The notes under the pieces: generated by a model
The model's database searches: none
The model's input: the letters and a program-made list of their open reading frames with translations, nothing else
What the model was told of the DNA's origin: nothing
Translations under genes and position numbers: made by a program
In this document: one piece after another, positions 26,760-39,703 of the stretch
Layout of the letters: each line of letters begins with the position of its first letter
How positions within the stretch are numbered: the first letter of the stretch is position 1
Origin: Octopus sinensis
Taxonomy: Eukaryota
NCBI RefSeq assembly: GCF_006345805.1
Contig: NC_042998.1
Location: forward strand, 28,830,001-28,894,000
Reading direction: 5' to 3'
Length of the DNA: 64,000 bases

Positions 26760-27145
26760 TATAATAATAATAATAATAATAATAATGAAATTATTGTATA
26801 CAGTGTTCAGGTGCACCACAACTTGTCAAAAGTGCGTATAAAGCATATGCAGTAATGTACAAATGTCTGGAAAGTGAACAGTGTATGAGTCAGATACATG
26901 CTTGTATGGGTATGGAGGGGAGAAAATCAGGTGTAGTGTTGGCGAATCTCAGGAAGCATAGAAGTTTTGAAGGATGCAGTGCTCCGAAAACTAACAACTG
27001 ATGCCGGCAGTTTGTTCCATACTTCAGCAACTCTTAGCGTGAAAATATGTTTCCGAAAGTCATGGGAGCTGTGCTGTTTTCTGACTTTGTAAACATGTCC
27101 ACGGGTGTTAGACAGGTGGAGTTTGAAAAGGTGCTCAGAGTTATT
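26760..27145 (-). mobile_element. CR1-type LINE 3' end
   Basis: NTRGHVYKVRKQHSSHDFRKHIFTLRVAEVWNKLPASVV matches the CR1 ORF2 C-terminal pattern; (ATT)n tail. Confidence 0.85.
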
Positions 27146-28084
27146 GGAGTTATTTCCCTTGTTTGTTGTTTTCACATTATAAACCGCCTTAGAAAGTGCT
27201 TTTTATCTGTTGACTACATGTCATTTAGTCAAAGTCTTTCAACACTAAATTACATGTGTAATATCTACCATATGTATATTTAGTATGCAGAAAAGATACT
27301 TCCCTTCAGCCATGTTCTAAATATACTTGTAATTCTAACTACCAACATCATTCATAACTGAAAATTATTGTCCTGTCCTATCAGATGGATGCCTGCTCAC
27401 TGAATATTTGATGTTAAGAAGTTCTTATGAAGACAGTAGCTACATAGTGCTTCAAACAGATCCAACAGAATTAATTTCATACTCAATGTATGTTCAGTTA
27501 TTAAAACAATAATTAACAGTGACAGAAGCAGTATAATACCAAATAGCAATATTGATCTCCGACTTCATGTGGAGGTTGCATAAGAACACAGAATATTATG
27601 TCAGTTACCTTGTGAGGACCTTTCATATAGACTCCTGGTGCTTAAAAACACTTGTAATTATATTGTTGACAGACAAGAACTGTCTGCTATGGTCAACGAT
27701 ACTGCCAGATCCCATGAGTTCACTTATAGATGTCCAGTGGTGATATAACATCCTTGAAGTCCCAGTTACTGTAGTAGAGGGTTCTAGTCATTCAACAATA
27801 TAATTATAGTCATTTAACGATACATAAATAAGTGCTTTTATGCATCACCAGTCCATATGAGAGTTCCTTACAATATAAATATCACAGAATTCTGTGTTAT
27901 AATAACACCCTCATGTTAAGTAAGAGATCAAGATAGCTGTTCCCTTGTTAGTTTTGAAACTAATTGTATGTATGTATGTATATATCAATAATAATAAAAG
28001 GTAAAATTAATTAATTAATTAATAGTTATCAATTATCAATAATTTTACTAAGTAGTTTCGGCATGTTAAAAGAACCCTTATCAG

Positions 28085-28235
28085 TAAACTTAGACAACAA
28101 TTTTTTATAATTATGAGTATAATTATAATTAGGATTCAGCATAGGTTTTTTTATAAACCCTATAATTAGTTGTTTTTTTTTGCTGAACCCTAATTATAAA
28201 TATACTCATAATCATAAAAAAATTGTTGTTTAAGT
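28085..28235. repeat. Imperfect fold-back
   Basis: 28085-28141 and 28182-28235 are approximate reverse complements. Confidence 0.7.
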
Positions 28236-28256
28236 ATGTATGTATATATATATATA

Positions 28257-28516
28257 TAAATAACAAATGAAAGACAGAAAATGGAATATACAAGAATATA
28301 TTATTAATCACAACAATTGTTTTGACACATCTAGCATTGACTCCTCTCGTGGGACACTCAAGAACTAGTTCAGGAGTATCCGGTGGTGCAGATGCATCTC
28401 GTCAGGTGATAAATAAATAAAAAAAACTCGTTAAAATGACTGTTCCACAATGCAGCTTTTTGTGATTAATAATATATTCCCATATATTCCATCTTCTGTC
28501 TTTCATTTGTTATTTA
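28257..28516. repeat. Fold-back enclosing a hammerhead with G12A (28307-28410, minus)
   Basis: Arms about 28257-28313 and 28460-28516. Motif: ATCAC CTGACGA GATGCATCT..AGATGTGTC AAA ACAATTGT T GTGAT. Confidence 0.8.
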
Positions 28517-28587
28517 CCTTACGATCACTCCAAAAGTGACCGTGCTTTACCAGTAAGCTACCAGGTGTAAACCATTCATTTTATTAT

Positions 28588-28628
<41 letters not shown>

Positions 28629-30684
28629 TAGAGAAAAACCCCTATTATGCAATTCAAACAATGATAGACATAAATCATACCATAGAGAAAAAAATAAAAT
28701 ATATGATAAAACATTTATCTAAATCACAATAAAGTACATTATAATAAATAAACAGTATATATATATGTGTGTGATGTTACAGGAAGAATTTGAATGTAAT
28801 AATACAAATTACCGAAGCTTTTATTTGACCAATAAATTATTTTCATAATATAAGAATGTAATAAACTGTAATTTAGGCTATCATTTTTGATCACCTGTAA
28901 GGTAGTTACAATAATTTTTGTCTTGGAATTTGCTATTGAATGTCAGTTCATTGCTGTTTATTAAAACTGAAATTTCAGACAGTTAAATACCTAAATATTT
29001 TGTCTTTGAGAGTAGATTGAAAATAAAATGCCAAATATTTAGCACAATGATTATATATTATTATTTTTTTTTTTTTGTTTTGTATTCAGTTATGGCTATA
29101 TTCATTTTTATCTATTTTAATGTCTAGGTTATTGACCTTTTTTTTTAAGATTTGTTTCCGCAATCCTGCATATGCTCAATATTTTATTATCGAATAACAT
29201 GGATTGAAATTCTATAATTCAATTCCATTAATACAATAAATATATGGCAGTTTTGAAGAGAAAAAAAACCCAAAAAAACCCAAACAAATGTGAAATTTAA
29301 GCATGCATAAAAAATAAATAAACCAACTTTCAGAATTTAAGAAAATTAATCTGTGGTTCTATTAATTATTGAATTCATCAGCAACTTCAGAAATCCTCGT
29401 CAATATTTCATGACTGACATTGTTCATCTTTAAATATAGCTGAAAATGACATGTTAATAACTTTCTTTATTCTAATCAGGCCCATCTTCAACTCATGCGT
29501 TTCCATAAAGAAGTTTTAAGTATGGTATTTTCCAAAAGTGAGCAATTAAATTTAAACAGATTTTTTATTAATCTTTTTATTTCCATAGCAACTTTGTGTA
29601 TTTCTAAAATCCATCTTCTAGAAAGTATTACCTGATAATAAAAGTTTTAAAATATTACAGGTAAATGTATAAGCTTTTTCTTTTCTTAACCCTCTTAACA
29701 ATGGTGCGCTATGCTCGTTGTATTTGACTAGTTTGGTTCTTAAAAATCCAATTAGGGTTTCTTCTAGTTTGTATCTGTTAAAGAGATTTAGAACCATTCT
29801 TGTATTGTTGTAAAAATTGGCAGATACAATTGGGGGAATCACGCTACTGTTGCATGACAACAAATGCCATCAAAATGTCTTTCACAAGATTGCTTTTCTG
29901 GCTTAACATTTAAAAAGTTGGTTTTAATAAACAATTTTAAGAGACATTTTTTTCCCCTATGTATACATACACACACACACATTGTTCCTTGCATTTTAAA
30001 GAATACTTAAATTAATCAATCTACTTGTTTGCATTCTTGAATTTTAAGAAGTTTTTAACATTTTTATAGTGAAATCTCCTGGATTATTTATGTTGGTGTA
30101 AGCTTTTGTACAAATAACAATTGCACATTTTATTTCTTATTGTTTAGAGATTTAATTTTATGTCGCTAAAGTAGGAAAATGCCTTTACATTTTTGGGATT
30201 AAAATGTCAAGTACTATAAAGAAATTTTATTTTTATTATTTTCAAAACTTTCAAGTGTTTATAAGGCCAATGCTTATACTAGTTTCTGTAGTAACGAGCT
30301 TATTTCAATTTCTAATGTGTTAAGTGAAAAGGCAAATTTTAATTTAGATTAAAAAAAAGGTGGGGAAAGAGTTCAGAGTTACACTGAAATGCATGTGGTG
30401 GATTTGAGTTAAGCTAGTAATCTAAGGTTGTGATTAGTTTGTCATTTTAACTCTTGAAAATATTGGTTTCAAGTTTTGGTACAAAGCCAACAATTTCAGA
30501 AAAATAGGTAAATCAATTACATTGATTCAACTGGTATTTCTTTCATCGATTCTGAATGGGTGAAAGACAGTCATCCTTGCCAACATTTGAACTCAGAAAG
30601 TAAATTCAGAAGGAATTCTGCTATTGATTTTTTTTTCCAGCTCAGTAACAATTGCCAGCTCAACACTTAACTTTAGAACATATT

Positions 30685-30865
30685 AGAAGTTATTTACATT
30701 ATTTACATTTGACAGATATTTGTTCTCGTCTTGTTTGCTGTTAACACAATGTTTCAGCTGATATACCCTCCAGCCTTCATCAGGTGTCTTGGGGAAATTT
30801 CGAACATGGGTTCTCATTATTATTATTATAGTAGTAGTAGTAGTAGTATTATAACCACTATGCCA
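30685..30865 (-). mobile_element. tRNA-headed hammerhead SINE, internally deleted; core intact (30744-30787)
   Basis: TGGCATAGTGGTTA head remnant; ACAC CTGATGA A GGCTG GAGGGTATAT CAGCT GAA ACAT T GTGT. Confidence 0.8.
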
Positions 30866-31324
30866 CATACCCACGGGCATATGGCATATATATATATATA
30901 TACTGCCTGACTGACCCTCGTGCCAGTGGCACGTAAAAGCACCCACTACACTCTAGGAGTGGTTGGTGTTAGAAAGGCCATCCAGCTGTAGAAACTCTTC
31001 CAGATCAAGACTGGAGCCTGGTGCAGCCATCTTGTTCGCCAGCCCTCAGTCAAACAGTCCAACCCATGCTAGCATGGAAAGCAGACGTTAAACGATGATG
31101 ATGATGATGTGCATGTATAAGAAAGAAAGAGTAAAGAAGAAAGAGAGAAATGTCCAGCATATTTTCTCACCAGAAATTCTGAGACGATTATTCTTATTCC
31201 TTTCTACCACTTACTTTGATAAATTAATTTCCAATTTACAGGTTACACAACTGACAAACAAATCACTTGAATTATGACATTTGTCAGATGTTTAGCTAAA
31301 AGCTGCCAGAAGCCAATGCCATAC

Positions 31325-31451
31325 GTCAGGATGACCAAATGCCCCGCAATCTTCGCAATTGTGTTTGCTTAGTGTCATTTTAACAAACAAAAGCACTTTG
31401 CTGAGCTTTTTGATAACATTTTTAAGTGGCATTTGTTGACTTTTACTGGAT
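31325..31451 (-). CDS. Candidate internal exon (unverified) ending in a zinc-knuckle-like start CxxCGxxGH
   Basis: CATTGTTAG acceptor, GTATGG donor, single open frame SSKSQQMPLKNVIKKLSKVLLFVKMTLSKHNCEDCGAFGHPD. No partner exons identified. Confidence 0.2.
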
Positions 31452-31795
31452 CTAACAATGATTACCAAGTAGAATAAATGTTGTGACATTTCTTCCCAGT
31501 ATATTTGCATACGTATGTGTGTGCGTGTCTTTCATGTTTCTTATAGCCATTGACATCACTTCTGTTTTTTCGGTAAGTGGTTAAACCATGGATTGAAACA
31601 TGAATATGATATGTATACATACGCATGCATACATGCACAGATACTTACTGATATAAATGTATTTATTCATATAAGAATAAGAGGTCTACGTAAGTGTTAA
31701 GAATATATTATGAAAGCTATGAACACAAAATAATAAGAGACAACCCAGAAGGAGCAAGTTTTAGAAATATTTTATTAACTTAACACTCACAAGAG

Positions 31796-31831
31796 TCTTA
31801 ATGTTTCGGGCACTAGTCCTTCATTAGAATA
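31796..31831 (-). ncRNA. Decayed minimal hammerhead remnant
   Basis: TATT CTAATGA A GGAC TAGT GCCC GAA ACAT T AAGA; several mismatches, including G5A. Confidence 0.4.
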
Positions 31832-34800
31832 AAAGTAAAACAGAAAAGAAAAGTGTAGGAGAGTGAATGATGAACAGTGGTTGAAGGAGAACAAAACAGA
31901 AAACTTGCCCTCTCTTTTAAGCATTAAGCTAATACAATATTTACTAAAACTTGTCCCTCTCGTGTTGTCTTCTCACACTTTGTGTACATTGGTTTCACCT
32001 ATTTTGTGAACATATTCTGAACACTCAAATCTTGGGAAAGAAAGTTATCACTTCAAATATAAATATGCAGAAAAAAAGAAAACCTGATTGAATGCTTTAA
32101 AATGCTTGTGGTAGGATTCTGGTAAAGAAATACTTGGAACAATGGTGATAACTTTAAATGTGTTTAATGTGGTTACACATATACGCTAGCTGAGTGACAG
32201 TGGTTGATGTACATTTATTCATATCTCTACATGCATCTGCATGGGTTGTTGTTTGCTCTTAACCCTGGTGAGAAGCTCAAGAACAGTGATATGTTAGAAC
32301 CAGTGCATTGTGTTGGTGCTGTGTAGATGTTGTTGATGATGTTGGTGAGAGACATGATGGTGACGATGAAGATGGAGGTCGCTGTAATGTGGTCAGTGGT
32401 TAGATCTTAGAAGGTTGACAACCAACTGACATTGAGACTAGCAGGAGGCGAGCTTTTACTGCTGATGGTAGGCTCAAATGCTGTTTGGAAAAGACTGTCT
32501 CACATGATTTATTTGAAGGTTGTGATTGGTTAGGTTGCATATTGGTGCACGGTAGAGTAAGAGACAAATTGCACCAATACCAACCAATTGGAGTGGTAGA
32601 CACGATGAGGTCCAAAACAGTAACCAAAGATTAGCTGCTCCCTGCTACATTCATAAGTATGTAATATAAGAGAGGAAGCTCACTAGAGTCCGTTACAATC
32701 CTTTTAGTTGTAAAGATAAGATTAAAAAAAAACCTTTCTAAAGAACTATATAGAATATTTATTTTGAATAAATGCAATACTTTAGATTGAAAACATTTAT
32801 TGTATAATTATTCAATATATTTCACAGCTTAAATCTTCAAAAATCTTAGTTCAGTATTCGGTATATATATATTTAAAAGAAATACATAAAGGATGAAAAT
32901 TGTATACATATAGCAAATGTACAGAAAAATAAATCCGTTCCCATCCAAATTATGTGTAAAGCTTTATTCATTGCTTATTTTCAAACCTTAAACTTTAAGC
33001 ATAATTCTCTGAATCATTTAGATTGTATTTCACATTTAACAAATTATTTATTCATTTTATATAACAGTGAAAGAAAGTAATGTGGGGTTATTTTTAAATA
33101 TTTCTTTATTTGATAAGTTTCTAAATAGCTTCAGCATTTCCTACATTGCAATATCATAGATAGAATACATTTACAGCTTGTAAGTTCTACATGTAAATAT
33201 CGGTTAAGGTAGATGGATATCTTTCTCAATCATTCAATTAAAGTAGTGGTAGTTGCTATTTTTCAGCTGCTTAAATTAAAAGAAAATAATGTGACCTGCT
33301 ATGGGGCTTAATACAAAGCTACAGCAGTACTTAGATAAATAACCCTAGGCTGCTCATACTGATACACATTGTATATCAGAGTCAACACACGCATAACCAT
33401 TATGTTTCAAATTGAATAGATATTGTACACCAGAGCTAATACAAACAGCCATACTCATAGATACATAATACATAATACATATATATATATATATATGTAA
33501 AATTAAAATCAAAATGAGGGTGAAAAATTGGATATTAATTTGATAACATCAATTTTAATACCAGTGGTCTAGCATATAAAAAAACTGAGATTCAGTAAAT
33601 AGTATTTCATACATAAATATAAGAGGGAAATTTTTTTAACCACTATATGGAAACACTTATGCTAGAAGAAGATCCGCTATGGTCTCAACCACTAAGAATT
33701 GTTCTCTAGAAAATATATATATATATACACGCACACATCAGAGCCAATATGTATGTCCTGCTCCTAATCTATAATATAATCACTAATTATTCGAAACAAA
33801 GTTATTTCAGTTGAAAGAACTTGAATTACATTTCTGAAATTTGTATTTTGATGAACTGCCACGTAAATGAAATAAATACATCGATAGGATATTGGAAAAT
33901 GATTACAATCAGTATATTTCTAATATTTCCGATGACTCTAAACTTTTAATCGATAATTTAAATTACATTTTATCAAGAAAACTTATGAAATATAAAAATA
34001 TTGGTGAGTGTTTTGTTATTTCCAGAAACCAATGTGGAACCAAATACTATTAATGTCTCTGGTTTTCTTCTTCTTTTGAAAATGCAAAACTCATTATATA
34101 AAGGCAAGAAGATTTGATTAGGTCCGCAGAATTTTGGTATCAAGGTACACTTGTCTGATCTAATTCCAGCTTTTGCTCTTGCCAAATGTCTGGAAGGTTT
34201 TACAGAACTTGTCAATTCATCTCTGAAAGTGGAATGAGTTGATGATGCCAAACGGACTATGGTATTACTACTAATCTATCCTTTATCTATAAATGTGTTA
34301 ATAAGCGAGTGTTAACACTGTTACATAAACATATGGAAGTTAGTACTATCAACCATATTCTAACAAATTTTCTGCCTGGAGGTCTTATTATCTATGGGTT
34401 CTGACTTCAAATGGTTTAATTACAAAGGAAGATTTTCTGATAACTTGTACTTCACTTCTAGATTGCTTCGAGGTGAAGCCTGTGATATTTAAAATTTATT
34501 GTGATTTCTCATTGAAGTTCAGCTTTTAATTTAAGTGAGCAAAGTATCTTTTTCATGTTATTGTATGTTTATTGATTTCAAAATCAAAAAAAAAAAAGAA
34601 TGCAAACTGGCAAAGTTTTAGAATTCTTCAATGGAATGAAACAATGGAAGGCTTTTTTGTATCCTTAAGCTAAATAATCAAAACCAGAACTTATAATATT
34701 TAAAACAATCTGTCAAAACTTTTTGTTAATCAATAACTCTTTGATTAAATCTTGTAAAACTCTGTTATGCCGTTATTGAAAAATATATCTTTATCAATTT

Positions 34801-34890
34801 AGACCTGTTACAGAATTTAAATGGCCATGGCTAGAGTAGATATTGCCATTGAAAATGCTGTACTTTATATCAGGAAAATAACAAGCATTG

Positions 34891-35321
34891 GGATCTTTTT
34901 GGTTTGAACGGCAGTTTTTAACATAATTTCTAGGTAACTAAAAAATTTTAAACTTCGCTTACTGGTAGAATGTGTTTATAAAACATCTTTTTCTCTTGGC
35001 TTTATTGAGAAAATTCTATAGTTTGTAAGATATTTGTTGTTTTTTTTTCTTCAATTTCTGCAATTTCAACCAATCACTGACGTCCATTGAAGTAAACAAC
35101 ATTCTGTGCCGTATGAATATGTCCCTCGTTTAAGAAACAGATTGGGTTTATTTACATTTGTGAAGAAAAAAAGATACCCTTCCTCCACCCCTAACCCTAA
35201 CTAACACTAACTAACCCTAAAAGAGATTGAAATGCAATAGATCAATTCCAGGGTCATAATTATGGGTGACAGTTTCATATGACACCGCTAGAAAAAACTG
35301 CCATTCAAACCGAAAAGATCC
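34891..35321. mobile_element. MITE with ~29-bp TIRs and 8-bp TSD
   Basis: GGATCTTTTTGGTTTGAACGGCAGTTTTT / AAAAACTGCCATTCAAACCGAAAAGATCC, flanked on both sides by AAGCATTG (34883-34890 and 35322-35329). Contains CCCTAA-like repeats at 35188-35220. Confidence 0.9.
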
Positions 35322-35557
35322 AAGCATTGTTATGTGCTTGTTTCTCTCTCATTTATGAAGTCATTAGTAATATTTTAAAGTTGTGAAACATCAATAAATT
35401 ACAACGCATTCAGAATATGACTATTTCCCCTTCAGCTTATATTCAATACAGGCAGACATAAGTGTACCAAAGACACCTGCTGAAAATGTCACTTTCTCAA
35501 TATTGATCAAAGAGCAACGTTCAAAATTCTACTAATGAGTTATCCTTTTCGCTTTAG

Positions 35558-35670
35558 GGTTCTTAGCAACACTAACATTGGACGTAGCGCTATTTCTGCA
35601 GATGTTTTACAGATATACTGACAGAACTTCCATCGATGCCCTGAAGTTATTGCAGTGTCTGCTGGTCTAA
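35558..35670 (+). CDS. Candidate terminal exon (unverified), hydrophobic
   Basis: Strong acceptor TTATCCTTTTCGCTTTAG; frame (G)FLATLTLDVALFLQMFYRYTDRTSIDALKLLQCLLV*. Confidence 0.2.
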
Positions 35671-36344
35671 TATGATTGATGTATTTAAATGGTTACATCA
35701 CGAACCTGTTGTTATGTGATTTCCACTAAATTCACCTCAAGTGATTGCAGTTATATAAGTCGCTGTCTTTGATACATGTGTCCTCGAAGCAATACTCTCT
35801 GTCTCTCTCTCTCTCTGATTCGAAGAAATTATAATGCAATATTCATTAAAGCAATATCTCACATACGTGAATACTCTGTATGATATTCAATACTGACTTC
35901 CTATTAGCAAACTCTTAGGTTTCTGTAAGCGAAATTAATTTGTAATCAAAGTCTAGCAAATACACAACTAATCTGTTTTCCTTTGATACATTTTAACTCA
36001 ATGTTTTCTACATTCTGAATAGGATTAATCCATTTCCATTTTTCTTTTGTTTTAAAAGGAATCATTAATCCTTTTTTATTTTCTTTCAAATCATCATCAT
36101 CATCAACAAATGGAAAGGAAAACAAATTCAGTTCTCAAGTTCAACTTGCTTAAATCAAAGAAGAAACTTTTTAATATTTAATCATTTATTATTCTGCAAA
36201 GAAAATAAAGACATTAAAAACAAAAGATATTATCTTTTTCCATATCTAGTTTATGTAGACTTTTAAGAATGAATTTCTTTTACACAAGGCTACGCATTTT
36301 TGTAAACTCGAAGCAAAGAAATGCAAAGTCAACCATCTCTTTTA

Positions 36345-36755
36345 TTCTTTTACTCGTTTCAGTCATTTGACTGTGGCCATGCTGGAGCACTGCCTTTATA
36401 GTCAAGCAAATCGACCCCAGAGCTTACTCTTCGTAAGCCTAGTACTTATTCAATCGGTGTCTTTTACCAAACCACTAAGTTATGGGGACGTAAACACACC
36501 AGCATTGGTTGTCAAGCAATGCTGGGGGGACAAACAGACACACAAACACACACACACACACATACATATATATACATACACATATACATACATATACGAA
36601 GGGCTTCTTCCAGTTTCCATCTACTAAAATCCACTCACAAGGCTTTGGTCGGCCCAAGGCTATAGAAGACACTTGCTCAAGGTGCCACGCAGTGGGACTG
36701 AACCCGGAACCATTTTTGTTGGTAAGCAAGCTAGTTACCACATGGTCCTGCACCT
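36345..36755 (-). mobile_element. SINE family A
   Basis: Homologous to 3870-4262. Confidence 0.85.
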
Positions 36756-37577
36756 ATGATCATCATAGAATTTGAACTGATAATTTTATTCTGTATGACT
36801 TTTATTACAGCACTTTGCTGTCTCCTTCATCCATTGTCTTTAAACTTTTCAAAATAACTAAAAATTATTAAACAGAGAACATATAACATTTTTATGAAGT
36901 GAAAGTCTGAAAATTTGAGTTTAATAATTGATTCTTATTTGCTTTTAGAATCATTTTGCTAATTTAGAATCAAATGTGATTCATTAAGGAATGCATTACC
37001 TCAGGGTATTTTAAAAGAGATTTGACAGACGAGAAACTTAGCAGTGCTACTTTCTAGAGTTGCTCTCCAAGGACTTTTAAATTCATCAAACTGAGCATTA
37101 CTGAAATTATGCAAATATTAAAACAATGAAATACAAATTTTATTATTTGTAAAATAATTTAAAATAAGTACAAAAATCTCAGTTAAAGAGTTTGATGTAG
37201 TTACTGACTTTTATTTTATATTTATTTGATTGTTCTTTTATTTGATATACTAAAGTAATTTATTTTAACGGTCTGTTATTTAAATTGTCCCAAAATAGTT
37301 ATTGAATAAGTCTGCTATGCATGAAGACAAACGTAGCTCTTATTTCAATTTTATGATGTTTTTACTATTCATCAGAGACCAACGAATTTGGTTATATAAT
37401 CTGTATATAATTCTTGCTAGAGATGAATAAAGGATTAAGTTAAAATTTTAGTCGACCAAATTGAACTGAGAAACTTAGCTTCAAAAGTGTTTGTTTGAAT
37501 ATAGATTTTATGTAGTTATCATCACCATCATCAAATGAAATTATCTGATATTAAAGCAGCCATATTATATATTTCTT

Positions 37578-37825
37578 TACTACCCACAAGGGGCTAAACA
37601 TAGAGGGGACAAACAAGGACAGACAAACGGATTAAGTCGATTACATCAACCGCAGTGCAAAACTAGTACTTTATTTATCCAGCCCGAAAGGATGAAAGGC
37701 AAAGTCGACCTCGGCGGAATTTGAACTCAGAACATAATGACAGACAAAATACTGCTTAGCATTTCATGGTATTTCGTCTGTCGTGAGTTCAAATTCTGCC
37801 GAGGTCGACTTTGTCTTTCATCCAT
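37578..37825 (-). mobile_element. SINE B with adjacent inverted partial copy
   Basis: 37690-37729 and 37784-37823 are near-exact reverse complements. Confidence 0.85.
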
Positions 37826-38216
37826 AATATGTAAACATTTTATCTCTGGTATCTTTGTGATTTTTTTTGGAACAGCATTTAATATTGATTTCAAATTTTG
37901 GCACAAGGCCAGTAATTTCTAGGGGAGTGGGTAAGTCAATTACATTGACCCCAGTGCATAACTGGTAACTATTTTATCGACCCCCTCCCCAAAAAAAAGA
38001 TGAAAGGCAAAGTCAACTCCAGCAGCATTTGAACTCAAAATGCAAAGTTGGAAGAAATGCTGCTAAGCAATTTACCTGATGCTCTCATGATTCTGCCAGC
38101 TCACTGCTTGAAAGCAGCATTTAATATCATTGCTGTATCTCTTCTGCCAAGGTTCGACTTTGCCTTTCATGCTTTCAGGGTTGATAAAACAAGCATCTGT
38201 TGAACACTGCATTTGA

Positions 38217-39703
38217 TAATCATCATCATCATCATCGTCGTTTAACGTCCGTTCTCCATGCTAGCATTTGGACGGTTCGACCGGGGTTCTGGGAAGCCAG
38301 AAGGCTGCACCAGGCTCCAGTCTAATTTGGCAATGTTTCTACAGCTGGATGCCCTTCCTAACGCCAACCACTCCGTGAGTGTAGTGGGTGCTTTTTACGT
38401 GCCACCTGCACAGGTGCCAGGCGGGGCTGGCAATGGCCACGGTCAGATTGGTGTATTTTATGTGCCACCGGCACGGAAGCCAGTCGAGGCGGTGCTGGCA
38501 TCGGCCACGAGTCGGATAGTGCTTTTTACGTACCACCAGACCAGGGATCCTGGCTGGTTCAATTCGATTTCGATTTCGATTTCGCTTGCCCCAACATGTC
38601 TTCACAAGCAAAGGGGGTTGGTAAGGGTGCCTGTCGTACGGTCGCATTGGAGTATTTTACGTGCCACGGCCACGAGTCGGATAGTGCTTTACGTACCACC
38701 AGACCAGGGATACTGGCTGGTTCAATTCGATTTCGATTTCGCTTGCCCCAACATGTCTTCACAAGCAAAGGGGGTTGGCAAGGGTGCCTGTCGTACGGTC
38801 GCATTGGAGTATTTTACGTGCCACGGCCACGAGTCGGATAGTGCTTTACGTACCACCAGACCAGGGATCCTGGCTGGTTCAATTCGATTTCGATTTCGCT
38901 TGCCCCAACATGTCTTCACAAGCAAAGGGGGTTGGCATGGGTGCCTGTCGTACGGTCGCATTGGAGTATTTTACGTGCCACGGCCCCGAGTCGGATAGTG
39001 CTTTTTACGTACCACCAGGCCAGGGATCCTGGCTGGTTCAATTCGGTTTCGGTTTCGATTTCGATTTCGCTTGCCCCACATGTCTTCACAAGCATGGGGG
39101 GTTGGGATGGGTGTCTGTCGTCGGATGAGGTTCTATATCGACTTCGCTTGCCTCAACCGTCTTTGTGTCCAAGGGAGGAAAGGCATTCATAAGTGGGCTG
39201 GGCTCACTTGTCCTGCCTGGTCTTCTCACGTACAGAATATTTCCAAAGGTCTCGGTCTCTGGTCATTTCCTCAGTGAGGCCTAAAGTTCGAAGGTCGTGC
39301 TTCACCACCTCGTCCCAGGTTTTCCTGGGTCTACCTCTTCCACGGGTTCCCTCAACTGCTAGGGATTGGCACTTTCTCACACCCTATCTTCATCCATTCT
39401 CGCCACATGACCATACCAGCGCAATCGTCTCTCTTGCACACCACAACTGATGCTTCTTAGGTACAACATTTCTCTCAAGGTGCTAACGCTCTGTCGAGTA
39501 TGTACACTGACATTACACATCCATCGGAGCATACTGGCTTCATTCCTCACGAGCTTACGCATGTCCTCAGCAGTCACAGCCCATGTTTCGCTGCCATGTA
39601 GCATGGCTGTTCGTACACACGCATCATACAGTCTGCCTTTTACTCTGAGCGAGAGGCCTTTAGTCACCAGCAGAGGTAAGAGCTCCCTAAACTTTGCCCA
39701 GGC
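38217..39703 (-). mobile_element. RTE LINE 3' portion: ORF end plus 3' UTR with a ~158-bp x4 array and (GAT)n tail
   Basis: AWAKFRELLPLLVTKGLSLRVKGRLYDACVRTAMLHGSETWAV...RRLRWYGHV; GGTTCAATTCG at 38556, 38719, 38876 and 39035. Confidence 0.9.

Noticed and set aside
27385-27745. Exon-like frames in unique sequence
   Set aside because: Short frames on both strands with no recognisable protein; cannot be distinguished from chance.
28043-28088. CTGATAA..GG/CC..GAAACTACTT hammerhead remnant on the minus strand
   Set aside because: G8 is lost, stem III is broken and stem I needs a bulge, so it is too decayed to count.
32220-32730. Coding-looking Ser/Thr/Pro-rich frame on the minus strand
   Set aside because: Interrupted by several stops and lacks a consistent splice structure.
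35188-35220. Telomere or chromosome-fusion relic
   Set aside because: Short, degenerate, and inside a TIR/TSD-bounded MITE.
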